Positions 41,251-52,474 of a DNA stretch of 64,000 nt are shown here, one piece after another (within the stretch, counting starts at the first letter, position 1; each line of letters begins with the position of its first letter). The translations under genes and the position numbers were made by a program. A model generated the notes under the pieces. That model saw only the letters and a list, made by a program, of their open reading frames with translations. It did not search any database and had not been told where the DNA came from. The stretch comes from a virus: positions 1 to 64,000 of the IMG/VR virus record IMGVR_UViG_3300017527_001400; one strand, written 5' to 3'.

Positions 41251-41907
41251 GTCCAATGGATGGTTGGGGTGCGAGCCTCAACCATCCAATCCTCCTAAGC
41301 CAAGCGATTCTCTGACCCAGAAAGAAATCTCAGCGATTCACTACATTTCGACAAGACTCAGCGATGCAATGAATTTGGTGGAAAAGCACCACCAAATCCG
41401 TTGCCCTGCTAAGTCTTGACGAAAAGCAGCTCTCTGCTGTGATTTCTTTCTGGATCAGTTCTCTGCTTGGCTTAGGAGGATTGGATGGTTGAGGCTCGCA
41501 CCCCAGCCATCCATGGGGACTTAGGCAGGCTTCGGTGCTGAACCCGTTGATTACTGGGGTTTGCGTAGGCGGATGGAGGTAAGCAGGCTTCCAACCTCTC
41601 CAACACCTCACTTTCGCGGGTATAGTTGACCGAGTAGATGTGACTCGGTATTTCTGGGCTGTTCTTGTTGGTGTCCATCTCCCTTTTGTAATGATGCGTT
41701 CGTACTCTCACCCGATAGCCATGCTGAAGTCGCCAACTCCGGACGGTGATCCCATCCAGCCTAAGAATGCACTATGCCATCTGCAGACTGTCGAGCCATT
41801 TTATAGCAAAGATGTCTATTTGGATCACCTGATCGACTCGACACAAGCTACACTCTGTAGTGCCAGCCTTTGCCGGATTTCCAGTTATGCTCTCCCGCCC
41901 AATCCAC
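40864..41907. repeat. ~1.04-kb imperfect palindrome centred at 41385
   Basis: GTGGATTGGGCGGGAGAGC.../...GCTCTCCCGCCCAATCCAC; apex ATTTGGTGG-aaaagca-CCACCAAAT; right arm is a frameshifted antisense copy of the ORF. Confidence 0.9.
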
Positions 41908-43550
41908 CCTAGTGCCCAGGCCGTGCGGGTAAAAATATATCACCCGCCCCCTTCTGAGGACGTCGGACAAAATTAGCATGGCTGAAAGTCGACCCTAAAA
42001 AATATTTTTACATTTTTCTGAACTTTTAATTTTTTAAGGAAACCCAAAGCCAATGCGAAAAGCGATCTGCATCAGCCCAACCCAAAGATTCGAGGTCAAC
42101 CAGCTATATAGCTACGAAGTCACGATGGAATTCGAGGACTTATATGAACTTGGCAGACCGATGCCCATAAAGATAGAAACTAAAAAAATTTATATTGTTA
42201 ACGGGTTTCATTTTTCGCAATACGAATTTGACAAGACATTCAGGAAATTCATATGAAACGAGTCTTATGCTTTCAGCGATCGTTGCCATTCAAGGTAGGC
42301 GGATTATATAGATTCATAATAGAAGAATATCAGGACAGAACCTACTATTTAGTTTACATCGGCAAAAGCTATCATGCTTATTCCAAACAATACTTCAAAG
42401 ACCATTTCGTACCATTCATCCAATAGCCATCGGAGATAATATGCCAAGTTACAATGACACAGTAAACATCTTAAAGGACCGCATCAAGGTTCTAATCAAC
42501 GACAACCCGGAGATCCTACAAATCGACGATCCATGGAAGCTGTTCGATTTCGAGGCGCTCGTCGTCTCGGATCTCGACCCGTCCCTTTTCCAAGCACAGT
42601 GGGCCCTATCACGAGCCAAGCAAGAGTGGCGACAAACTCACGGATGAAGGCCCTCTGTATTCAATCGATCATACCGTTTCAAGTCGGCAACCTGTACAGG
42701 TGCACCAAGTTTTTGACACCGCTCGGAACAGCAGAAGCATGGTCGGTGTGGAATATCAGGCAACCAAATACTAAGGTAGGCGGATTATATAGATTCATAA
42801 TAGAAGAATATACAGATGGCGGATATAATTATATTATGTCCGTGAATACCTTCAACCAGTATTTCAGGAGATTCATATGAAAGACTACGATCAGGGCCGC
42901 AGAGACGGCTATGACAAAACAGTCGACGAATCTAAAGAAGCCAAAAACCCAAAGTACAAAGAGGGTGTCATCAAAGGTATACTGGAACGATTAAAGGAGG
43001 AAAAATGAAGACTATATTATCGATTGCCTTCATATATTTGTCTTTGATAGGCTTGGTAACCTTCTCCATGTTCATTATGCAGGAGGCACAGCAAACAACT
43101 CAATGGGCTCTGAGAATATCGGAGCCTGACTTATATATGAAAGGCCAGCAGCTGAACGAAACCTTGTTCAAGCGAATGCGCTTTCTAAACCACATAGCAT
43201 GGATAAATCCTTATGCCCACTTCGCATACAGATCGTACATCGAGAATCGGGGTCCTCATACCAAAAGTGTCAATGTTAATACGTCGACCGACACCACCGG
43301 ACCCTTATGTTCAATTAAGCAAAAGAGAAGCCAAACTTTTGACGTCCTTCTTAATTGAAGAGGGACGGCCATATAATTTCACACCCGCGGGCCACTCTCG
43401 CATAAAGCTTGTGGCTGCACGCAACATGCCTGACAATGTGGAGCCTATTCAAGGCTTCAAATGGAATATCACAGACAAACGCAAGATTATTGTACAGGTA
43501 ACCCAGTTTTTCAGGGATAACGTAATCATCTTTCACGGAAGGCTACCATA

Positions 43551-43850
43551 ATGTTAAAAGTTTTCAAATATCCACTAGAGATTCTGTCTTATCACCAAGT
43601 CGAGCTGCCAGTCGGCGCCAAGGTCTTGAAGTTCGAAAACCAGAACAACGTCCCAACGATCTGGGCCCTGGTTGACCCTTCCCCCTCAGTCCCAAAAGAA
43701 ACCCGGCTCTTTCGGTTGGCCGGCACAGGCCATGAAATCGACGAAGAGCATCTCAAATTCATCGATACCGTCTTCATCAATCAATTTGTCCTCCATTTCT
43801 TTGAAGTCCTGACCGAGAGGGCCGCCCCTCGTGAATCCTGCAATCTGTAA
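43551..43850 (+). CDS. conserved phage protein (FKYPL...LPVGAKVL...IWALVD...GTGH family)
   Basis: Recognisable motif pattern; function unknown. Confidence 0.7.
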   Translation: MLKVFKYPLEILSYHQVELPVGAKVLKFENQNNVPTIWALVDPSPSVPKETRLFRLAGTGHEIDEEHLKFIDTVFINQFVLHFFEVLTERAAPRESCNL

Positions 43851-44449
43851 TGGCCATCATCATACCCAAAAGAAACATCCAGGCACTGGATCTCTACCTG
43901 CTTAAAAAAGGCAAGCCCTACAAAGTGGTAAAACACTCAAAATATTTAAATCTGGTATCTGCTGACTACATACACTCGGCAGGGAAAATGACAATACCAT
44001 TGGGATTCTTTCATTTATCCTCTTCTGATATTATTGTTTTTTCTGGACAAATAAATGCAAAGGGCTTTTGAAAGGCTCAACCAAAAGAATGTAAAGAAAA
44101 TGGTAATTTGATTGATGTTGATACATTACCAATGAAAGCACTTTTGGACATGGTGTTGTGTTGGTTTGTATTAAAAATAAATGTATTTGTAGTTCAAAAG
44201 TATGTAAAGATGAAAGGATTTAATAATGAAAGAAATTAAATATGTATGGGTTGTTGAAGGAGAAGAAGGAGAAGATGTAAGTTGGATAGATACTATATTT
44301 GCTGATGAAAAAGATGCACAGATAGAAATGGATAGACTTAATAAAGAATACAAACAGCATAGTACTGTTTATTTTGTAGAAAAATATCCAATAAAATGAA
44401 AATAATATAGTAAAGATTTAAAATTAGTCCGATTCGATTAACCCAATTA

Positions 44450-44481
44450 CCACAAAAGAGGAGAAACCCATGAGCATCGTG
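44450..44481 (+). promoter_or_regulatory. TIGR-like unit overlapping the RBS and start codon of the Nop-domain gene
   Basis: CCA-caaaagagg-AG-aaac-CCA-tgagcatcg-TG; ATG at 44470. Confidence 0.6.
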
Positions 44482-45264
44482 CTGAAAGCTATCGTCAGAG
44501 GCCATTACGACTTACAAAAACTAAGAATTCAGGCTGGGAATCGAATTATTGCGAATTTTCGGTCAAAATTGGACATTGCGCCGTCCGATAAGGCTGAAAA
44601 AGCTGCCTTATCGTCAATAAAGACCGAATTTGCGGCTCTACCAGCCATAAAGTCCAAGAAACACTTCAAAGGCACGCCAATAATTGCCGAATATCCGGAA
44701 TATGTGCTGGTTAAGAGCTACGTTGCCCTGTTGGAAAGCGAAAAACAAGTCATCAAAGAAATCACCCAGATCGTCAACGAACATCCGCTGTACATCTCGT
44801 TCCTATCCTCCATCAAGGGTATTGGTCCACTCATGACCGGGATCCTCCTGACAGAAATCGATATCTCCAAGGCCGATACGCCGGCAGCCCTGTGGAAATA
44901 TGCTGGACTTGACGTCACCTCAAAAGGTGAGGGCCGCTCCCGCCGGGCAGAGCATCTAGTCGACCGAGAATATACCAAGGCCGACGGAACTGTCGCCACA
45001 AAGAAATCCATTACCTATAATCCACGCCTGAAGACCAAACTTATGGGAGTCCTGGCACCATCCCTTATCAAACAGCAGTCTCCGGACTATGCTCCAGTTT
45101 ATTACGAATACAAAACCCGTCTCGAAACCAGTCGACCGGAAATGGTCAAAGGCCATATGCACATGATGGCCCTGCGATACATGACGAAGCGCTTCCTGAA
45201 GCATCTGTATTTGAATTGGAGGAAACTCGAAAATCTGTCGGTGACTGAACGATGGACATCGTAG
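44470..45264 (+). CDS. Nop-domain / IS110-C-terminal-like RNA-binding protein without nuclease (TasA-like)
   Basis: YDLQKLRIQAGNR coiled coil; FLSSIKGIGP, ALWKYAGL, YNPRLKT, KGHMHMMALRYMTKRFLKHLY; no N-terminal DEDD/RuvC or HNH domain. Confidence 0.75.
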   Translation: MSIVLKAIVRGHYDLQKLRIQAGNRIIANFRSKLDIAPSDKAEKAALSSIKTEFAALPAIKSKKHFKGTPIIAEYPEYVLVKSYVALLESEKQVIKEITQIVNEHPLYISFLSSIKGIGPLMTGILLTEIDISKADTPAALWKYAGLDVTSKGEGRSRRAEHLVDREYTKADGTVATKKSITYNPRLKTKLMGVLAPSLIKQQSPDYAPVYYEYKTRLETSRPEMVKGHMHMMALRYMTKRFLKHLYLNWRKLENLSVTERWTS

Positions 45265-47268
45265 ATGTCCTACATAAAGGAATGGTAATGGGGGCAATAT
45301 CAAAATCAAAAGCTTATGCAGGCGCAGCAGTGCACCAGCCCGAAGTCACAATAAAAGCTGTATGCTTGGAACCGGTCTTTATCTTCGAATTACACAGGCT
45401 TTATAAATTCAAAGTGTTGATACAATCTGACTCCGACGGATACCTAACTGAAGAGAAAACATACAGGCACAACGAAGAAATTGACGACGGCCTCTGCTGG
45501 ATAGCCCTTGGAGAAGAAGCCTTCAAAAAGCATTTCAGAAAGTTTCAATAATGATACTGATAGCAAAAAGAACGATAAAATTACAAGATATAAAGAAATT
45601 GATCCCGGACTCTCATAAGTTCAAGTTGCCACCGAAACGGGAACATTATGAAGGAACGGTCATCTTTACTGAAGGTAAGCCCTACAAAGTCACCATCAGC
45701 GAGACCGGTGTGGGCTCTATCCAAACAGATGCTGGAATATTCTTTATATACGCCAAGGGTGACGGAGAAGTCATTCCAACAGAGTTCTTCAGGATCTTCA
45801 CGAGATGATCCTGATTGCCAGATTTGATATTATGCTCGGCAAAAACATTATCTTTAAAAAAGGCGAAGTATCAAAAGCATGGTTTGATGGAAAAGACATG
45901 GCATATTTTGATGATCCAAAGTGCCATATACGTGTTGATAGAATCGGCTACTATTTCATAATATTTAAAGGTGATAATGGTCATAATAGCTAAAAAAGAC
46001 ATATTGATAAACAAACAGATAGTCTTCAAGAAGGGCCAAGTCATCAATGCCTGGAGAGGAGGCGATAAATTCGTCTATTACAAAGGCGGTCGAATGGGAG
46101 AGACTGTCATGAGAGAGCTTTTCGTAGTCTTTAAGGATGATCCAATATGATCTTGATCTGCAAAAAAACCATATCAAGTAAAACGTTCAAAAAAATAATA
46201 CTCGGCTTTAATTCAAAAATGGGTGATGACTTAAAAAAAGACCTCGAGTCTGACAAAGCTGTATTTATAGAAGGCAAACATTATAAAATGAACGTTAATA
46301 AAGATAGAAGAATCATGAGCAGTGAAATTGGCACAATAACCATGTTTCACTCCAGCAAAATAATGGAAGCTCTATTACAAGAATGCTTCATAATCTTTTC
46401 AAAAGGAGAAAAAGAATGACAACACAAGGCCAACGAAACTATGCAGTAGAAAGAATAAGAGGGAAAGTCGGTGAAAAATTGGAAGCAGCCAAGCATGAGT
46501 TCCATATCGAAGGAAAAGGACTTACAAACATGCAACGGCTGGATCTTATCCGAAAAGGAAAGGTTACGCTTCTCCCAAAGAAAGAATTGAGTTTACTGCG
46601 GAATTGGGACCGTACCAACATCAAAGACGTCTTTGATTTCAGTGAATATGCATGGGAATCCGGCGTAGACAAGAAAAAATACGGCAAACGCGAAAAAGCC
46701 ATTCTCACAGAATCCAACCGGATTATTGACGAAGTTATGCTTGGCGATGCCAAAGAAGCCATGAAACTTCTCAAAGCCTTCGAAACCTTCTAATGAAGTT
46801 TATTTGCCTGAAATCTGTCCATATATTTGTAGAAAACCATTTATATACGCTAACAAGCTGCGAAACAGCTTATGACCTAAAAACAGGCAGAGCAATGGTC
46901 AGATTTAAGTTTTTAGACAATAATACGTTTTATACGGCAAAAGAGAAAGAATTCAAAAAAATGTTCAGGAGATTCGACTAATATGAAGCCCAACGTCAAA
47001 AAGTACATAAAAGACGATACAAGTTGCCCATTTTGCGAATCCATAAAGATCGTACCTGAAGATGCCATCTCAACTGACCTTAAAGGCGCATCCCAGCATA
47101 TCGCATGCCATAACTGCGGAGCTGAATGGTATGATCAGTACACGCTCACGGGGATCAGTGTATGCGTCGAGCCATCTGCATAAAAGATATCTACCCTTAT
47201 TTCAAAGACAATCACCTGAAATTTTTATTATCTTCTGAATTTATTTATTAACCCAAAGGAGAGAGCTT

Positions 47269-48282
47269 ATGAAACCGTCGGAGTTGGTAGAATTGCTGCG
47301 AATAGCCATCAGGAATAAAATTAATGTCCTTATCAAAGGCAAACCCGGGCTTGGTAAAACAGACATTGTCCTCCAGTCCTGTGCACTAGAAGATTTCGAT
47401 GTCGTGCTTTCACATCCGGTTGTGGATGATCCAACTGACTATAAAGGCATGCCGTGTATCATCAAAGACAAAGAAGGTAACGAGAAAGCCCAGTTCATGC
47501 CGTTTGGGAACTTGAACAAGTTGATTGAAGCCACGCGGCCGACAGCCTATTTCATGGATGATCTGGGGCAGGCGCTGCCGGCTGTACAAGCGGCTGCTAT
47601 GCAGTTGCTGCTTGCTCGGGAAATCAACGGCCATGTAATCAGTGACCAAGTGACCTTCATTGCGGCCACCAACAGAAAAGCTGACAAAGCTGGAGTATCT
47701 GGAATCCTTGAACCGGTTAAGTCGAGATTCGGATCTATCGTCGAACTGGAAACCGATCTTGAAGACTGGGTTACCTGGGGATTAACCTCCAAGAAGATCC
47801 CGGTTGATTTAGTGGCCTTCATACGTTTCAGGCCAGAACAGCTCGACACATTCGAAGCGACCTCTGATCTGACGAACTCTTCCTGTCCAAGGACTGTGGA
47901 AAACGTTGCCAAGTGGATGAAAGCTAAAATACCTCGGGACTTGGAATTTGAAACATACGAAGGTGCAGCAGGTAAAGCCTTTGCCTCTGAATTGATATCC
48001 TTCCTGAAAATCTTCAGACAACTTCCGGATCCGATTAAAATTATCAAGGATCCAATGAACGCCAACATCCCCGATGAACCAGCAGCTCTATATGCGACAT
48101 GCGGTGCACTGGCTGCCAGGGCAACAATGAAGAATTTCGAGAACATCTGCCAGTATGCTTACAGGATGCCGAAAGAATTCTCTGTCTTCATGGTCAAGGA
48201 TTGTGTTCGTCAAAATGAAGATGTCGCCCAAACGGACTCGTTCATCGAATGGGTTACCAAGCACAAAAGCTCAATGATATGA
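47269..48282 (+). CDS. MoxR-like AAA+ ATPase
   Basis: GKPGLGKT, FMDDLGQA, AATNR, SRF, CPRT. Confidence 0.85.
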   Translation: MKPSELVELLRIAIRNKINVLIKGKPGLGKTDIVLQSCALEDFDVVLSHPVVDDPTDYKGMPCIIKDKEGNEKAQFMPFGNLNKLIEATRPTAYFMDDLGQALPAVQAAAMQLLLAREINGHVISDQVTFIAATNRKADKAGVSGILEPVKSRFGSIVELETDLEDWVTWGLTSKKIPVDLVAFIRFRPEQLDTFEATSDLTNSSCPRTVENVAKWMKAKIPRDLEFETYEGAAGKAFASELISFLKIFRQLPDPIKIIKDPMNANIPDEPAALYATCGALAARATMKNFENICQYAYRMPKEFSVFMVKDCVRQNEDVAQTDSFIEWVTKHKSSMI

Positions 48283-49061
48283 AAAACGAAGAGACATATA
48301 ACTTAGGGTTCAATGTTAGATACTTAGCTGACTCTTGTGTATCAGTTACCATTGCTGATTTCACGGGCTACTTCTCTTTTGCTATGCCATTCGCATTTAA
48401 AATAAAAGGCAATCCACCAATTGTCGCAGAAGACCGGATGTGGCCAGAAGAAACACTAGGCCATGTCAATATTGTAAAAGTTGGTAAAAGAGCCGTAACA
48501 TATGTTGATATCAAAGCTTTCAAAATCATATGGAAAGAAGAGCTGAACAAAAGCATTCTAAAAGCTGCAGCTTCAATTGCTACGTTCAGGATGAAACTAA
48601 AAAAGCAGCCGGAGGTACAGGAAGATGGGAAAGTACGAATACGACGAAAGCAAAGACCAAGCTCTATCAATAATGGATTCGCTCGTGGGCCATTACCAGG
48701 GAAAAGTTGATGACGAATATATCTTTAAAATGAAAGACAAGAAAATAGTGTCTTTTACATACAGGCCATATGGAATTTTCATAATAAAGGTCAAAACGGA
48801 TAAAGGCGAAAAGACCGTCGAGTTTGGATACGGATCGTCAGGAAGGGATCGAATAGATGGCGGAATTGCCATAATCACTGATATAGGAAGATTCCGGCCG
48901 CAGGCTTTGAAGCTTAACGACGAAACCAAAAGAAGAAAGGTTTCGAGCTTCAGGAGTCTCTCTATTCGCCAATTATGGGAAATTGCAGAAATGGCCCTGG
49001 ATGAATACCGCGAACTTCTCAAGGAAATGTATTCATAAAAAAACAACAAAAGGAGTAAGCC

Positions 49062-49925
49062 ATGAGTATTACACAGAAAGCGATGATAGTCAAACTCCAC
49101 GTTTCGTCATGGAAGGGGCAACAGCATGACGGCGTGGTAACCAGCAAAACCCAGACAGCCCATGGAGCTAAACACGGTTCAGGCGTCTACAACAAATTCC
49201 TGATTGCGAAAAAGCATGTACAGGACATCCAGCGGGCTGAGAACGAAGCACGTAAATTCCACATTGCCATGACCTTACCCTGGAATGACGGTGGAGACAG
49301 GCTTCTGCCATCGAAAAACTATCTGAAATATTCAAAAGGGATGCGCGGTCTGAAACAGAAATTCGAAGTGGCTGCCGGCAAATTTGCCCAGCAATATCCA
49401 GCAATGATTACAGAAGCCAAGAACCTGCTTGGAAGCATGTACAACAAGAACGACTATCCGGCGCCAAGCTATATCGGAGACAAATTTGCCTTCTTCACAG
49501 ACATCACACCGGTTCCGAGTTCCGGGGACTTCAGAGTCGATATGGAAAAAGCCGATCGAGATCAGATCAAACAAGAACTCGATGAAAAGAGCGAAAGAAG
49601 CCACGAGCAGGCGATGGCGGATCTGTGGGAACGACTTTTCAATGTTGTTAAGCCCATGGCGGAAGGTATGGCTGGAAGCAAAGGCAAGGTCTACGACTCA
49701 TATGTCAAGAACATTGAGGAGCTCACAGACATTTTGCCAGACCTGAATATTGCCAATGATCAATCCTTGAATGAGATGTCGGACGAGGTAAGAGATCTTC
49801 TTACAGCCAATACTCCGGGACAGCTCAGAAAAGACAAAAAGCTCAAGGCCAGCACAGCAGCGACTGCTGCAAAAATGATGGACAAGATCGGCATAATGTC
49901 TGGAGGTGGCGGTGTTACTAAATAA
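49062..49925 (+). CDS. DUF3150-like protein of the AAA/VWA module
   Basis: TLPWNDGGDRLLP, LGSMYNKNDYP, DFRV; lies between ATPase and VWA genes. Confidence 0.65.
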   Translation: MSITQKAMIVKLHVSSWKGQQHDGVVTSKTQTAHGAKHGSGVYNKFLIAKKHVQDIQRAENEARKFHIAMTLPWNDGGDRLLPSKNYLKYSKGMRGLKQKFEVAAGKFAQQYPAMITEAKNLLGSMYNKNDYPAPSYIGDKFAFFTDITPVPSSGDFRVDMEKADRDQIKQELDEKSERSHEQAMADLWERLFNVVKPMAEGMAGSKGKVYDSYVKNIEELTDILPDLNIANDQSLNEMSDEVRDLLTANTPGQLRKDKKLKASTAATAAKMMDKIGIMSGGGGVTK

Positions 49926-50295
49926 GAAGGATATCGAGTTCATGTGGAATGAGTTGGTTCTGTTTTTACATCTGTTCCTGATTGCTGCCTTCTTATTTAT
50001 AGGGATTTATGCTTGGGATTTCAATCAGAAATTGGCTTTCATTATCTTTGGAGCAGATATAATCTTTATCTTATCCGTCATGAGCGCTGTCATAAGAAGA
50101 ACAGCCATGTCAAAGATAAAAAATCCGTATAAAACGAAAGAATTCATAGCCGAAACAAATAGATTTGTTAAAACCTTCAAAAGAGCGACGGAAGCGGATA
50201 TAGCAAAGACCTTGCAATCAATAATGTGTTCGGCTTATGAAAAAGGATTAAGTGACGGTAAGAGAAAAGGATAAATAAAAAGAAAGGATTAAGCG

Positions 50296-51501
50296 ATGGC
50301 AAGTGAAATGAGAGAAAAAATCAGTAATGCAATGACAAAGCTTGTTCTGGATCATGCCTTCTTTGCGGCTTTGGCGTTGAGACTAAAGGTTGTCGAAAAC
50401 AAGGCTGTAGAAACCGGTTATGTAAACAGCAAAGAAATCGGATACAATCCGGATTGGGTAGCCAAACTGTCTCTTGAACAGACAAAAGGCTTTATTGCCC
50501 ATGAGGTTATGCACTTGGCCATGTGTCATCATACGAGAATAGAAGATAGAGACCATGGTTGGTGGAACATCGCTGGTGACTTTGCTATCAATGGTATCCT
50601 AGATGAAGCAGGTCTCGAGCTTCCAGATACACAGTGCCTGGATCGAGCATATGACGGAAAGTCTGCTGAAGAGATCTATGAAAAGGTTTATGATCCAACA
50701 AAATCCCCGGGAAACCAAAGTGGTACTCAAGGAGGAGGCTCTGGAGATGGTACCCCGTCACAGGATCCGGGCGGCTGCGGTGGAGTGGAAAAACATACAG
50801 GCCCTGACGGAAACACCGCTTCGAAGAGCGATATCAAGAAAGAAGAAGAAAACTGGAAAATGGCTGCCATTGCCGCGGCGAATGCTGCCAAACAGCAAGG
50901 TGATCTTCCCGGGCATTTAAAGGCCCTAATAGAAGACATGAAACGTGCAAAACTCGATTGGAGAATCTTGCTCAGAGAATTCGTTGAAACCTCTTCGAAG
51001 AACGATTACAACTGGGCCATCCCAAATAGACGATATGCTCAAAGCCGTGTAATCCTGCCGTCACTTCTGTCAAAGGAATTGGGAACGGCCGTAATTGCAG
51101 TGGATACATCAGGTAGTGTGTCGATCGATGAACTCCAGCAATTCGCTGGTGAAATCAGTTCTATCCTTGAAGAATATCAGGACATAACAATCCAAGTACT
51201 ATATTGTGACACCCGGGTTGCAAAAACCAAAGAATTCCATTCCTCAGACCTGCCGATCAATCTCGAGCTTCATGGTGGTGGCGGTACAGATTTCAAACCT
51301 CCATTTGCCTGGGTAAAGAAGCACCTTGATGGAGATCCAACATGTTTGATTTACTTTACGGATCTTGAATGCAACAGCTACCCTAAAGACCCGGGATACC
51401 CAACCATCTGGGTATGGACAAAAACTCAATGGACCAGCTCATATTGGAAGGCGCCTCCATTTGGCCAGATCGTTGCGATGGACATGACGAAAGACGACTG
51501 A
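50296..51501 (+). CDS. metallopeptidase-VWA protein (DUF2201-like)
   Basis: HEVMH, WNIAGDFAIN, VDTSGS, GGGGTDF, YFTD. Confidence 0.85.
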   Translation: MASEMREKISNAMTKLVLDHAFFAALALRLKVVENKAVETGYVNSKEIGYNPDWVAKLSLEQTKGFIAHEVMHLAMCHHTRIEDRDHGWWNIAGDFAINGILDEAGLELPDTQCLDRAYDGKSAEEIYEKVYDPTKSPGNQSGTQGGGSGDGTPSQDPGGCGGVEKHTGPDGNTASKSDIKKEEENWKMAAIAAANAAKQQGDLPGHLKALIEDMKRAKLDWRILLREFVETSSKNDYNWAIPNRRYAQSRVILPSLLSKELGTAVIAVDTSGSVSIDELQQFAGEISSILEEYQDITIQVLYCDTRVAKTKEFHSSDLPINLELHGGGGTDFKPPFAWVKKHLDGDPTCLIYFTDLECNSYPKDPGYPTIWVWTKTQWTSSYWKAPPFGQIVAMDMTKDD

Positions 51502-52009
51502 TGGGCGAATATAAAAGACCGGGGTTCCAAACGTTTGTCGTTAAGATACCACACTCAAACTATCTTGACACTCACATTTGCAGAAATATGAGCGTCAAGC
51601 CTCTGCTTGTCGAAAATAAAAGAGGTAAAGCTGCAGACATTGCCTGGACTATGCATTGTGATGTTGAATACCTTATCGAAGAAATGAACAGCAAATCGAT
51701 AACCTTTCAAAAGCATATGATTGACATGATGCTAAAACATATTCATAGAGAATCTTATGATATCTGGACCTTAATCAATCAACACCTTGAGGAAAAAGAT
51801 GAATAAAGTCTACATAGAAATAATGCTGACCTTTATTGCAGGATTTTTGATATTCATATTGATTGAGCTTTACAGTTTCCACGATGATTTCAGTCATGAA
51901 TATCGTCCTGAAAAACACTATCACAGTACGATCGATGCTCCGGTGGCTGCCGGCGGAAAGATCGTCTTCATCGATCAAGACTGTGACCAACCAGACGAAC
52001 TCGGAGATC

Positions 52010-52474
52010 ATGATGAATGAAAAAGATCCAGATGGCCTAAACCCAAGCGACCCGGGAGCAAAATTAGATGCAGATAAACCCATGGCATCCCTACTGCAAT
52101 TATTTTCAAGAGCACTCATCGAAATTGCCAAGGTGGGGACATTCGGAGCTAATAAGTATAGTCGAGGTGGCTGGCAACACGTTGCTGACGGTGAAGTCAG
52201 ATATTCAGACGCACTCTGGAGACACTTACTTGCGGAAAATCTTGAAGAACGCGACCTTGATTCCGGGCAGCTGCATATGGCTCAGGTAGCATGGAACGCT
52301 TTGGCAAGACTTGAACTTAATTTAAGGAGGAAAGATGGAACATTATCTAGTACAGAACAGCTCTCAGGGAAGGATCAAATTCCTGCACCTATCACTGGTG
52401 GGGGAAGACATGCAGTCAGTTTGGGGTCTCATCGGGGGAAAGACCCAGACCAAGATGACTTCTTACCAACCTAA
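52010..52474 (+). CDS. dATP/dGTP diphosphohydrolase domain protein (DUF5664-like)
   Basis: GAKLDADK, VGTFGANKY, RYSDALWRH, DSGQLHMAQVAWNAL. Confidence 0.8.
   Translation: MMNEKDPDGLNPSDPGAKLDADKPMASLLQLFSRALIEIAKVGTFGANKYSRGGWQHVADGEVRYSDALWRHLLAENLEERDLDSGQLHMAQVAWNALARLELNLRRKDGTLSSTEQLSGKDQIPAPITGGGRHAVSLGSHRGKDPDQDDFLPT

Noticed and set aside
41472-41711. Minus-strand ORFs as genuine second gene copies
   Set aside because: Frameshifted fragments of the palindrome arm with no RBS or 5' end
40864-41907. Diversity-generating retroelement TR/VR pair or shufflon
   Set aside because: Copies are inverted, differences include indels and are not adenine-specific, and no RT or recombinase lies in the window
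44470-45264. IS110 transposase / insertion sequence
   Set aside because: Lacks the N-terminal DEDD domain and an obvious catalytic SG motif; no element ends or bridge-RNA-sized non-coding flank
52010-52474. Evidence for a 2-aminoadenine (Z) genome
   Set aside because: DUF5664-like genes occur without PurZ, and no PurZ or DNA polymerase is seen in this window
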